NCBI RefSeq assembly: GCF_000253055.1
Contig: NC_016070.1
Coordinates: 1,710,001 to 1,742,000, forward strand
Length of the DNA stretch: 32,000 nucleotides
Source of the DNA: Thermoproteus tenax Kra 1
GTDB lineage: Archaea > Thermoproteota > Thermoprotei > Thermoproteales > Thermoproteaceae
Reading direction: 5' to 3'
Made by a program: the position numbers and the translations under genes. A model generated the notes under the pieces. It saw nothing but the letters and a program-made list of their open reading frames with translations, was not told the DNA's origin and made no database searches. Position 1 is the stretch's first letter. Each line of letters begins with the position of its first letter. Shown piece by piece: positions 17,445 through 25,787 of the stretch.

Positions 17445-18367
17445 TTGAGCTCGTTGAGAAGCGTTTTGAACAAGTCTTTTGGCAAGCGGGCGCCTGCCGC
17501 GCTCGGATGGCCTCCGGCAGGGACCCTATATCGCCGCGAGAAATCTCTGAGGAACTCGTTTAAGTCGAAGCCTGAGGAGCGGAGGCTCAATACGTATATA
17601 TCCTTCCTGGTCTCCAAAGCTATTCCGACAGGCACCTTGGCCGTGCCCTTCGCCAATGTTGCCGCGAGCCCCAACGGGCCTGGCGGATCTATCACATATG
17701 CCACGAGTCCCTCGCGTACGATATTGTTGGGTACCCACTGGGCTAGTCTCTCGTTCTGTCTACTCTGCTCTATGGCTCTAGCCAGGAGCTCTTCGTGGGA
17801 GGACGGAGGCTTGTTCTCAGAAAGATGTCTCACGATATCTCTCTTCAGATCGTGGAGCCGCCTGGCCCCCTCGAGGCCCTGAGAGAGGACGCCTGCCTCG
17901 AAGTATATAACGCGCTTATCCCAACGGCCTAGCGCCTCCTCGACCCAGTCGGTGTTATCAAGGTAATCGCCGATGGCTCCGTAGAGGGCCACGCGGTCGT
18001 ATGTCTCAGGCAGGAGGCCCTCGACATATCTAAAGGCTAGCTCCGAAGCGGCGGCGCCCAGTTTATGGAAAATCTCGACGTTCGGAGGAGGAGAAAAGCT
18101 CGATGGAGGCGGGTGGTGGTCGATGTAGACGATGCGTCCGCGGTACTCCTCGAAGGCCCTCAGTATCTCAGGCGCCGCCCACTCGTCTATAGCGACGTCT
18201 ACTATATACACATCGCCCTTGGCGTACTCCTTAAAGTCGCCGAGAAGGCCGGCCGGATGCGTGAAGTACACATCTATCTGGTCGTAGATGCCGGAATAGG
18301 CAGCCTTGAGCAGAGCTGCTGAACATACGCCGTCGGAGTCCCCGTGGGCTAATATAGTCATCCGCAT
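17411..18367 (-). CDS. DHH/DHHA1 family phosphoesterase (NrnA/RecJ-like)
   Basis: Shows ILAHGDSDGVCS, YIDHHPP and GGHPSAAGA. I set the start at the ATG at 18367 because the longer tracked ORF runs across two tRNA genes. A CTTATTAAG box lies about 24 nt upstream. Confidence 0.8.
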   Translation of the reverse strand: MRMTILAHGDSDGVCSAALLKAAYSGIYDQIDVYFTHPAGLLGDFKEYAKGDVYIVDVAIDEWAAPEILRAFEEYRGRIVYIDHHPPPSSFSPPPNVEIFHKLGAAASELAFRYVEGLLPETYDRVALYGAIGDYLDNTDWVEEALGRWDKRVIYFEAGVLSQGLEGARRLHDLKRDIVRHLSENKPPSSHEELLARAIEQSRQNERLAQWVPNNIVREGLVAYVIDPPGPLGLAATLAKGTAKVPVGIALETRKDIYVLSLRSSGFDLNEFLRDFSRRYRVPAGGHPSAAGARLPKDLFKTLLNELNYSLRRKGFPS

Positions 18368-18398
18368 ACAGCCGACTAGTTCTCCGCTTAATAAGCTA

Positions 18399-18492
18399 CG
18401 GGCCCGGTGGGATTCGAACCCACGACCTACGGCTCGCTCCGGCGGCAACGCCGTAGAAGGCCGCCGCTCTATCCATGCTGAGCTACGGGCCC
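18399..18492 (-). tRNA. tRNA-Arg (anticodon UCU) with an intron of about 19 nt at the canonical 37/38 position
   Basis: The reverse complement folds as GGGCCCG-UA-GCUC..GAGC-G-GCGGC-CUUCUA[CGGCGUUGCCGCCGGAGCG]A-GCCGU-AGGUC-GUGGG-UUCGAAU-CCCAC-CGGGCCC-G. No CCA is encoded. Confidence 0.8.
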
Positions 18493-18550
18493 CAGCGCTA
18501 TCTAAATGTGGCTTTTTATGGTTTCCGCCTTGTTGTGAAGAGAACGCAGG

Positions 18551-18670
18551 CGGGCCCGGTGGGATTCGAACCCACGACCTACGGGTTTCCACGGGCGCCA
18601 CGCGCCCTTAAGAGCCTCGGCGGACTTAGACTGGTTCCACCGCCGCTCTACCAGGCTGAGCTACGGGCCC
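18551..18670 (-). tRNA. tRNA-Lys (anticodon CUU) with two introns, one in the anticodon stem region and one at 37/38
   Basis: The acceptor, D and T arms are canonical. Removing about 24 nt (UGGAACCAGUCUAAGUCCGCCGAG) and about 22 nt (AGGGCGCGUGGCGCCCGUGGAA) restores the stem GCGGG/CCCGU and the loop CUCUUAA. The exact splice positions can slide by 1-2 nt. Confidence 0.7.
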
Positions 18671-18980
18671 CTCCTCCTCTTGTTAACTGGGCTTTTAAAT
18701 ATTCAACCCCCTTAGCTCACAGGCTGTTTGAGTCATGGGTATATTCAAACGCAAGGAGAAAATTAAACGGATGCGGGGACGCAAGAGGAGCTGAATCACT
18801 AATGGATGGGCGATAATAATATTCGGCGTAGTAATATTCGTCCTCAATATGGTACTAGGCGGTACCTTGGCCCTTATAGTTCCCCGTTCTGGTCAGTAGG
18901 CTTCTCGGCCAGTAAACTTTTCTTCATTGGTACGGGCGGGAGGCGCGCGCCGGCCACAGGCGCCGCAGTCGAGCTCAACC

Positions 18981-18987
18981 TTAAAAA
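18981..18987 (+). promoter_or_regulatory. TATA-like box for tRNA-Gly
   Basis: A TTAAAAA box is centred about 25 nt upstream of tRNA position 1 (19009). Confidence 0.45.
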
Positions 18988-19008
18988 CCCTCGAAATTCA
19001 ATCATTAC

Positions 19009-19129
19009 GCGGCGGTAGTCTAGCCTGGTTGGGGCAATCGGCTAGCCCCCAGAGTAGGATGGCGGCCTTCCAAGCCGTTGGCGGGCAGACGCCCGGCGGA
19101 GATCCCGGGTTCGAATCCCGGCCGCCGCA
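19009..19129 (+). tRNA. tRNA-Gly (anticodon UCC) with two non-canonical introns (D-loop and variable region)
   Basis: Has acceptor GCGGCGG/CCGCCGC plus A, anticodon arm GCGGC-CUUCCAA-GCCGU and T arm CCGGG-UUCGAAU-CCCGG. About 25 extra nt sit in the D-loop and about 21 nt between the anticodon stem and the T stem. A TTAAAAA box lies about 25 nt upstream. Confidence 0.75.
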
Positions 19130-19433
19130 TGTGGTCTCTCTAATATGACGTTCAGCGACCTCTGGAGGCTAAGTCAAGAGGGAAGTAGGAAGTGAGATCG
19201 CCGATCGGCATTTATTCGCCCCGACGTGTTTGCAGATCTCAGCTTCGCAGAGATTTTCGGCTTACTTTGTCCATCCCTCATAGCTAGCGGGTATATCGCC
19301 CCAGTACACGCTTTATGTAGACGCATACAGGGCGCTGAAAGTCTAAGCCCGGTGGAATCTGGTTGAGGCGGAGTCCTCGACCGCGGGAATGGTACTGGCC
19401 GCCGGCCTCGCCCCAGTGTGCCCGGGCGAGCCC

Positions 19434-20201
19434 CTAGCGTGCCTCGCTCTGGCTCCGAGCTTTCGCCTCCTTGCGCGTTGAGATAAGCCATACCACTGTC
19501 TGAACCCAACCCGCCAATCTGCCCATCTTCTCCGATGCTTGGGCCCTCAGACAGTTCCTCCTGAGGGGGCACTCCTCGCACACGTAGCGAGCACACAGCT
19601 CTGCGCGGGGCGGAACTCCCTTAAGGCCCAGCTGGGGGGCATACCTTATGAAGTGTTTGTCCACAGGCACAGCAGTAGTATCCCCCGTGAACAAAAGGTA
19701 TAAGTCCGCCACCTTGGCCCCCACTCCTCTTATCCTCACTAAGTCCGACCTGGTTCTGGGCTTTGTCGAGAGGTACTCCCTCAGAGCCTCCGGCAACATC
19801 TTGAGTTGGTAGCTGTTGCCGAGTGCGGGGGCCGCCTCAGCTATATCGTTCAAGTCCTCAGAGCGCGAAAATAAAGCGCGCGTCCACTTGAGCACATTTG
19901 TGTGATAGCTTGTGTTCTGAGTCAAAAATGCTGCGACGAATATCAGCCCCTCATCGCCGGGCGATATAGAGAGCCCGACGCAACCTGCGTATCTCTCCAG
20001 AAGTCTTGTGACGCTCTCCTCGACGTCCTTGCTTAAATCGCCGATGTAGCGCCGTGGGTCGAACCATCTCCCTGAGAGGTGCGGATCATCGGCCACGTTA
20101 ACGCCCTTTCTGACGCCGAACCTCTTCACGTAGGTCTCGCCAGACTTCTCCACTAGTGTTAAAGTGAGACTGGGATAGAGCGTTAAGTCTAAACAGTTCA
20201 T
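19434..20201 (-). CDS. HhH-GPD superfamily DNA glycosylase-like protein (endonuclease III-like, with a C-terminal 4-Cys cluster)
   Basis: Shows FLTQNTSY and the HhH segment RIRGVGAKVADLYLL, followed by VPVDKHF (the EndoIII-like Lys and Asp positions). The C-terminal Cys cluster is C-x4-C-x2-C-x5-C (CARYVCEECPLRRNC). Confidence 0.7.
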   Translation of the reverse strand: MNCLDLTLYPSLTLTLVEKSGETYVKRFGVRKGVNVADDPHLSGRWFDPRRYIGDLSKDVEESVTRLLERYAGCVGLSISPGDEGLIFVAAFLTQNTSYHTNVLKWTRALFSRSEDLNDIAEAAPALGNSYQLKMLPEALREYLSTKPRTRSDLVRIRGVGAKVADLYLLFTGDTTAVPVDKHFIRYAPQLGLKGVPPRAELCARYVCEECPLRRNCLRAQASEKMGRLAGWVQTVVWLISTRKEAKARSQSEAR

Positions 20202-20965
20202 ATCATAGAAACAGGTACCCCCGAGGGGGTCACCGCTCTCGTCGGCTTAAGCCGCCGGGCCCTCATGAGCTTCACCACATGGGGGTAGAGGATAACGTAC
20301 TCGACGTCTATACATTCGGCGAGCTTCGGATGTATTCCGGCCAGAGCTCTCTCGAGCTCTCTGGCGCTTTCCTCCGTTGAGAAACCCAACATGGCGGCTG
20401 GGTATACATCTCTGCAAGGGGCCATTCCGGCATTGACCAAGTTACTGATAGCATCGAGCTGCCGACGAAAGTAGGCGCGGGGAGACATCGTTATCAGCTC
20501 GAACTCCTCCGGCGTCGCGCCCTTAATGGACACCCTCACGACGACGTTGGGAAAGGCGGCTAGCCGCCTTGCTAGCGTATCGTCGATCAAAATGCCGTTA
20601 GTCTCCACGACGAAGATATAGTCATGCGGTATCCCCTTAAGCACGCCTATCAGATGGTCGGCTGCTATCGTGGGCTCGCCCCCAGAGATCCTTAGCTGTG
20701 TGTAGCCCCTCGTCTTTGCGAGCTCCATTAACCTCTCGGCGACTTGTTCGGGCGCCAGAAAATCGCCAACGTCTAGCCTGAAGGACGAATTGCGCCACGC
20801 CCAGCACATGCCACACCTAAGATTGCAACCGACTATGTCGGCGGTCGCTATTCCGCCGTACCAACGGTCGAGCCTAAATCTGAAGTAGCGCCTTAGCGTC
20901 CTCTCTCCCTCCCTCTTCACAGCGAATTTCAACACCAGCTGCGTAAGAGCCTCTGGATCTATCAC
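20198..20965 (-). CDS. Radical SAM protein of unknown specificity
   Basis: Shows GCNLRCGMCW (the CxxxCxxC motif) and ISGGEPT. It has a GTG start about 24 nt downstream of an ATTTAAAA box. Its stop overlaps the start of the downstream glycosylase-like gene (ATGA). Confidence 0.8.
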   Translation of the reverse strand: MIDPEALTQLVLKFAVKREGERTLRRYFRFRLDRWYGGIATADIVGCNLRCGMCWAWRNSSFRLDVGDFLAPEQVAERLMELAKTRGYTQLRISGGEPTIAADHLIGVLKGIPHDYIFVVETNGILIDDTLARRLAAFPNVVVRVSIKGATPEEFELITMSPRAYFRRQLDAISNLVNAGMAPCRDVYPAAMLGFSTEESARELERALAGIHPKLAECIDVEYVILYPHVVKLMRARRLKPTRAVTPSGVPVSMI

Positions 20966-20984
20966 GAACTCTACCTAGCTTGCG

Positions 20985-20992
20985 ATTTAAAA
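20985..20992 (-). promoter_or_regulatory. TATA-like box for the radical SAM/glycosylase operon
   Basis: The sequence TTTTAAAT on the minus strand is centred about 24 nt upstream of the GTG at 20965. Confidence 0.45.
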
Positions 20993-21061
20993 CCTCCTCG
21001 ACGTAGGCCCTTAGTTTTTCGTATTCCACAGTAATTATCGAGAATATTTAAGCGACTTACC

Positions 21062-21237
21062 TCAGAAATTGCTCCCCTTCACAACACCGGCCTTCCCCGG
21101 GGGAGCTCGGAGCGCGCGCCCGAGCCGCGCTGGGCAACCCAGGCGCGCGGGGGCCCGGCCGCGCCCGTGCGTTCGGGCTCGCCGGCTTCTACAGACGGCC
21201 GGATCCCCAAGGCCGGTGGGTTCATGCGAGAGAAATG
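21062..21237 (-). ncRNA. Candidate omega-RNA (reRNA) scaffold / right-end region of an IS200/IS605-type element
   Basis: It lies immediately 3' of the TnpB remnant on the same strand. My hand count gives about 79% G+C over 21071-21220. It is packed with short hairpins, for example GCTCGG/CCGAGC at 21104-21125 and CTGGG-CAA-CCCAG around 21130-21142. The only ORFs here are mirrored low-complexity frames. Confidence 0.35.
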
Positions 21238-21789
21238 TTACGAGGTTAAAAGTAAGATGGACGCCGAAAAAGCGGGTTGTTTTGTCTTCTGGAGTAGCTC
21301 CCAGTACCTCCTCTTTGCCCATATCAGCGGCACGTTGTCTCTGTGGTCTGAGAAGCCGCAGACAGGGCAACGCATAACGCGCCTTCTTTCCTCCTCCATC
21401 TCTGCTCCACAGCGGGGGCAGACAGTTGAGTACAGTCTTTCCTCAAGATACGGCAGTCCGTACCACTGCGCGAGCGCTTGTAGGCGCCTCCTCAGCTGTC
21501 CCAAACCGTCTAGAAAGTGTTTCCTCACTCCGCTCCCGTCGCCCTCCTTCAGTTCCCGATAACTCTCCTCCTCCATCGTGTCCACCACGATCGCGGCCTG
21601 ATGCTCCCTCGCCAGCTTAATTATCTCGCCAACGACGTCTTTAACGACGCCTCTTATCTTTCTATACCGCCGAGACTTGAGGTGGCGGGCTCTCTCCTCG
21701 AGACGTCTCCTTCTGGCGGGGTCCGCCTCCCTCGCGGCCCGCTCGTCGAGACGGCTTATCTCCTCGTGGAGTCTCCTCAGTTCTCTCAC
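21238..21789 (-). pseudogene. tnpB: IS200/IS605-family TnpB (OrfB) C-terminal fragment
   Basis: Has the zinc finger and RuvC-III region (CPRCG...RCPVCGFSDHRDNVPLIWAKRRY), preceded by an Arg-rich helical segment and AAIVVDTMEE. It is only 183 aa, against about 400 aa for intact TnpB. A further TnpB-like piece (VVKAVYVNGDNRFG) lies upstream in another frame, around 21850-21960. Confidence 0.65.
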
Positions 21790-21988
21790 CGCGTCGCCGT
21801 TAGGCAGGTGAACCGGAGTAGTTGAAAGAGTATCTCCTTAACTAGTTTTTCTTCCCCGCGCCGGGCACACACATGGGCCGAGTCCCTGTGGAGCCCAAAG
21901 CGGTTATCGCCGTTGACGTAAACCGCCTTGACCACGGAATTGGTCACAACGAAATGCCCCGCCCTTTAGGGCGGAGGCGGAACGCAGG

Positions 21989-24900
21989 TCACCTCTTGAG
22001 AACCTCCTCGATAAACTCCTCGAATAGCTCGTCCAACACGGCTCTATAGTCCCTCCTGCCGTTCTCCACATCGTCCATGAACCTCTCAATGAGCCTCGTT
22101 CTCTCCTCGCTCACTAACTTCCCGAAATTGCTCTTGAGGTATTGGTAGACCTCTATGCCCCTCTTGGTCGGTATCATGAACTTGCGGCGCCCCCTCACCA
22201 CGACGTATCCCCTTTTTGAGAGCACCTCCAGGATCTTTGCGTAGGTGCTTGGTCTGCCGATACCCCTCTCCTTCATGAGCCGCAACACGTCGGCCTGCGA
22301 CAGGAGCTCTACGTGCCTTTTGGCATACGTTATTTTTATCGGCGACTCGCCCTCCCGCAGAGGCCTTGCCTCTTCAACAGTCCGATACATCCTCAAGAAG
22401 CCCTCCTCCTTTATTTCGACGACCCTCTCTACCTCAGCCTTATATCCGCCGGCCTCTACCTCATATTTCTCCACTCTGACCAACGCCTCGCGCATCTGGC
22501 TTGACATAAACCTCCTGAATATGAGCTCGTATGCTGCATAGTGGTTTCTCGTCAGCCTTATAGTCGGCTGTATTACGCCAGCCGCCACCAGTCCCCGTAG
22601 CTCCTCGGCGTCGATGGGCCTCGTGGGCCTTATCGCCTCGTGGGCGCCCTCCTCGCCGGTCGCCCACGGCCTGGCCTTGAAGAGATCGGCGCCGAACCTC
22701 TTGGATATATACTCCCTCGCTATACCGATGCCTGTGGCAGAGACTCTGGTGCTGTCCGTGCGGTGGTAAGTGATGAAGCCGCTTTCAAAGAGGTCCTGGG
22801 CGATGGCCATGGCCTGCTCAGCAGTTATTCCCAACTTATTCACGGCATCCCTCATGTATTCGTCCGTGGTATAGGGCGGTGGCGGCTGGAGAACCACCTC
22901 TCTGCCCTCAAGCCTCTTTATTCTGACGCGCCCCTCGCTCTTAAGAGCCTTGTAGGAGTCCTCTGGCAACGTCAGTCTAATTGAGCCGTCCTCCAGCTCG
23001 ATCGTTACATCGAACTTCCTCTCCGCCCTAGAGCTCTGATAACGTTCAACGATCCAACCGAGGACAGGGCTCTGTACTCTTCCCGCCGAGAGAAATGCGA
23101 GCCCGTGAGCCTCTTGAACTCTTCTGCTCAGCCCAAATCCTATCCACCTATCCTCAACTCTTCTGACCATCTGGGCCGCCACCATGGGCAAATTGACGTC
23201 CCTAGGCGAGGAGAGGGCATTGACTATGGCTCTCCGGGTCACCTCGTGGAACTCAATCCTCTTGATTGAGCCGACGTAAGGTCTCAACGCTAGATATACG
23301 TCGTACGCTATCTTCTCTCCCTCTGAATCTGGGTCGGTGCCCAACAACACAAGGTCGACCTCAGAGGCCAAGTTCCTAAGAGTTGAGATTATATCGAGGG
23401 GCTGGCAATTCTCCGGTACCTCCGTGTCGTCAACATACGAAGCCCCTGGACACTTATAGATTCTATTATAGACCGGAATATAGCCATCCTCGGTCTTGAA
23501 CACAGCGTAATCCTCTGGGCTATATATCTCCGAGAGGGTGCGCCCCACGGCTCTGAGGACCCTCTCTTTCTCGCTCGGCTCGATCTTCGCCAAACTGGTC
23601 GGAAGTTCGTAGATGTGCCCCATCGTCGCTATTACTGTGAGCATCATATCGCCCGTAGATACCTCGTAGGCCGGCACGCCGCCCACTATAAGCATATTGG
23701 GTCTTCCAAAGAACGACGCAATAGTCCTGGCCTTGGTGGGGGATTCGACCACCAACAACACGCTCTTCATGATATCTCTCGCCGAAAGCTCCTCCGGTTT
23801 GAAGCTGCCCGAAAGTATTCGTCTGATAGTTTCGCGGTCTGAGTCTACCTCCCTCAATATCTTATCTAGATCTGTCTCGGCTAAGTCGTAGAACTTGACT
23901 TCGTCGAACCTTAGCTCCAGCTCCCTCCTGAGCGCGTGCAAGACCTTCTCGTCGTCGACTAGAATAACGCTGAGACCTCTCGAGAGCCCACCTGCGTAGA
24001 GCCTTGACGTTCTGCCACTCCCTTGTATATATGTCGTCACATCGGGCAGTAACACGTAGAGCTGTCCATCTATGTAAGTCAGCTTCACCTCAGTGGAGGT
24101 CTCTATAGCTCTTTTTACATCGTCCCTAGAGAGTATCAAGCCGACGAACTCAACGGCCGACTTGACCACGTTTAATAGATACTCCTCGAAGGAGTTCTTA
24201 GGCCCCTCGGTCAGCACCTTCTCCAGACCTGCAGTATACGGCGCAATCCGCCTTAGTTGTGCAATCAATCTATCGGCCTTGAACTTCAACTCTTGAGGCA
24301 AGACTCCTCTCACGTTGTAGAGAAACGCAAGATAGGCAGGGGCCGAGAACTCGTCCAGCTTTACTCTGAACTTGAACTTGGGTATCCCCACGAAGATCAC
24401 GTATCTGATCACGTGCGGCATATCTATCCCTCTCACTAGCGCCGAGCGGGCAGAGGCGAGGCCCACCAATGCGTCCAATTCTCCTCTCTCGAAGGCCTCT
24501 AACACCTTGCGGCGGGGCCGGAAGAAGTGCTCCGCCTTGATCCCCTCTCCCTTGAGATATTCGACTAGTTCTCTGCCCAGATCTTTATCTTGTACATAGA
24601 TTATGCCGCCAGATCCGAGCCTTTTGACGAGGGCGGCCACCTGCGCCCTCGGATCCTCGGAGAGCTTTGCGTACACGTCGTATACGTTCCTAAGCCCCTC
24701 CGCCCTCCCGCCTACATCGAAGCCCAATAATTCTCTAAATAGGAGTAACCTAGTGGTTCTCCGCGCCTTCGCCAACGCCCCCGAGGCTATAAAGACGCCC
24801 AACTTGAGCCTGGCCTTCAGCCTTCTGAGCTCCTCCCTTTTCCTTTTTATCTCAACGTCGCTCTCCTCGAGCCCCTTTTCATCCCCGCCTAACATCTGCC

Positions 24901-25660
24901 TCGCCCTTTTCTTGTTCAGCTCGATGATATCGAGAGCCAGATTGAGCGCCTCATCGGTAGCCCCCAGAAGCCTCAACAACCTCTCTATGTTCTTGCTCGT
25001 AGCCCTCAAGACGCTGTCTACGTCGTCTGTGGCTATGAAGATGAACTTATACTTTGCCAATACGTCGAAATATTTGGGCAAAAAGGCCGACGTGATAATC
25101 AATATATCGAAATCCCCTTCCTCTATCCTCTTAAGGGCCTCTTCCCTCTCTTGTTCCCTCAACATTGTGTTATAGCTGATTATACGGCCGCTGTAATTAG
25201 CCCTTGCCGAGTAGTCCAACAGCTTTTTGTATGCCTGATAGGCCAGCGCTGACGTGGGGAAGACCAACAAGACCTTGCCCCCTCTGGCCATATACAACGA
25301 TGACACTAAAAGGAAGGTAGTTTTGCCAGAGCCCGTCGGGGCCACTACGGCGAAGCTCTTTCCGGCCGCAAGGCGCTTGGCCCACAGCCTCTGCGCGCCC
25401 CACATGCGGAAACCCACAACTTTCTCAAACAATACGTTCAACTCCTCATATCTCCTTAAGACCTCGTCGAGAGTAGCCAACTCCTTGAGGGAACCCTCGC
25501 TCTTAAGCGCCTGAATAACGCTCTTGAGGTTCTCCAGTTTCAGAGCTCTGGGCAGGCACTCGGAGCAGGGCAAGCCCTGGGCCAGCCTGGACGAGTCCAC
25601 GGCCCCGCCACAGTTGGGGCAACTATGAAGATATATCGCGCGTATAGTCTTGAAGTCCAC
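21989..25660 (-). CDS. rgy: Reverse gyrase
   Basis: A 1223-aa protein. It has an N-terminal zinc finger (CPNCGG...CSEC), the helicase Walker A APTGSGKTT, a Toprim segment LLVVESPTKA, and a type IA active-site region GFITYHRTDST. It has a GTG start. Confidence 0.95.
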   Translation of the reverse strand: MDFKTIRAIYLHSCPNCGGAVDSSRLAQGLPCSECLPRALKLENLKSVIQALKSEGSLKELATLDEVLRRYEELNVLFEKVVGFRMWGAQRLWAKRLAAGKSFAVVAPTGSGKTTFLLVSSLYMARGGKVLLVFPTSALAYQAYKKLLDYSARANYSGRIISYNTMLREQEREEALKRIEEGDFDILIITSAFLPKYFDVLAKYKFIFIATDDVDSVLRATSKNIERLLRLLGATDEALNLALDIIELNKKRARQMLGGDEKGLEESDVEIKRKREELRRLKARLKLGVFIASGALAKARRTTRLLLFRELLGFDVGGRAEGLRNVYDVYAKLSEDPRAQVAALVKRLGSGGIIYVQDKDLGRELVEYLKGEGIKAEHFFRPRRKVLEAFERGELDALVGLASARSALVRGIDMPHVIRYVIFVGIPKFKFRVKLDEFSAPAYLAFLYNVRGVLPQELKFKADRLIAQLRRIAPYTAGLEKVLTEGPKNSFEEYLLNVVKSAVEFVGLILSRDDVKRAIETSTEVKLTYIDGQLYVLLPDVTTYIQGSGRTSRLYAGGLSRGLSVILVDDEKVLHALRRELELRFDEVKFYDLAETDLDKILREVDSDRETIRRILSGSFKPEELSARDIMKSVLLVVESPTKARTIASFFGRPNMLIVGGVPAYEVSTGDMMLTVIATMGHIYELPTSLAKIEPSEKERVLRAVGRTLSEIYSPEDYAVFKTEDGYIPVYNRIYKCPGASYVDDTEVPENCQPLDIISTLRNLASEVDLVLLGTDPDSEGEKIAYDVYLALRPYVGSIKRIEFHEVTRRAIVNALSSPRDVNLPMVAAQMVRRVEDRWIGFGLSRRVQEAHGLAFLSAGRVQSPVLGWIVERYQSSRAERKFDVTIELEDGSIRLTLPEDSYKALKSEGRVRIKRLEGREVVLQPPPPYTTDEYMRDAVNKLGITAEQAMAIAQDLFESGFITYHRTDSTRVSATGIGIAREYISKRFGADLFKARPWATGEEGAHEAIRPTRPIDAEELRGLVAAGVIQPTIRLTRNHYAAYELIFRRFMSSQMREALVRVEKYEVEAGGYKAEVERVVEIKEEGFLRMYRTVEEARPLREGESPIKITYAKRHVELLSQADVLRLMKERGIGRPSTYAKILEVLSKRGYVVVRGRRKFMIPTKRGIEVYQYLKSNFGKLVSEERTRLIERFMDDVENGRRDYRAVLDELFEEFIEEVLKR

Positions 25661-25787
25661 TGATAAACTGATGGGTATAAAAATGCCCTTGTGTGCTCCG
25701 TAGCCTCGGAGTCGCCAAGGCCGGCCCGGCCCCAGATGACGCTGGAACGGGACTGGGGCTCAGGGGGCTCAGGCGCGAAGCTAAAAT

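Larger units (their letters stand above)
21062..21985 (-). mobile_element. Decayed IS200/IS605-type insertion remnant (no tnpA, truncated tnpB, GC-rich 3' tail)
   Basis: This combines the two features above. The remnant abuts the reverse gyrase stop at 21989. I did not identify the element ends. Confidence 0.45.

Noticed and set aside
17411-18601. A 396-aa ORF that extends the DHH phosphoesterase by 78 N-terminal codons.
   Set aside because: The extension runs antisense-free straight through the tRNA-Arg gene and part of the tRNA-Lys gene, and its sequence is low-complexity. The DHH domain begins at MRMTILAHGDSDG, which has its own TATA-like box, so I set the start at 18367.
18551-18670. An alternative reading of the second tRNA as a class II tRNA (Leu, anticodon AAG) using the stem GGCGG/CCGCC.
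   Set aside because: This reading would need an oversized anticodon loop, an A34 anticodon, a variable arm of about 41 nt and a G discriminator. The two-intron Lys(CUU) solution restores a fully canonical cloverleaf.
18680-19008. Possible C/D-box sRNA or small protein in the 330-nt spacer between tRNA-Lys and tRNA-Gly. This includes the 70-aa ORF at 18806-19018 and a hydrophobic frame WAIIIFGVVIFVLNMVLGGTLALIV.
   Set aside because: There is no proper RUGAUGA/CUGA box pair on either strand. The 70-aa ORF runs into the tRNA-Gly promoter. The hydrophobic frame has no ATG, GTG or TTG start after its upstream stop.
19174-19596. A 140-aa ORF overlapping the 3' end of the glycosylase-like gene.
   Set aside because: It has low-complexity composition, no recognisable motif and no promoter-like box. 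It overlaps a well-supported gene.
21062-21377. Mirrored 102-aa ORFs on both strands, plus a 131-aa ORF, downstream of the TnpB fragment.
   Set aside because: These are low-complexity Arg/Ala/Pro/Gly frames in DNA of about 79% GC that overlap each other almost exactly. A structured RNA or IS-end region explains them better.
19130-21990. The idea that the glycosylase, radical SAM gene and IS remnant form an island integrated at tRNA-Gly.
   Set aside because: I found no direct repeat of the tRNA-Gly 3' end and no integrase gene. Composition looks similar to the flanks apart from the IS tail. The point is kept only as context in the findings.
21989-25660. Possible intein or domain insertion in reverse gyrase, together with the many antisense ORFs inside it (for example 24603-25175).
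   Set aside because: The length (1223 aa) and motif order are normal for reverse gyrase. The antisense ORFs are Ser/Leu-rich shadows of the coding strand.
25729-25772. A hairpin GCCCCAG...CTGGGGC followed by a perfect tandem 9-mer (GGGGCTCAG x2), lying between the etfA stop and the reverse gyrase promoter.
   Set aside because: It is too short to call a repeat element or sRNA. There are no C/D or H/ACA boxes. It is most simply a 3' UTR or terminator-like structure of etfA.
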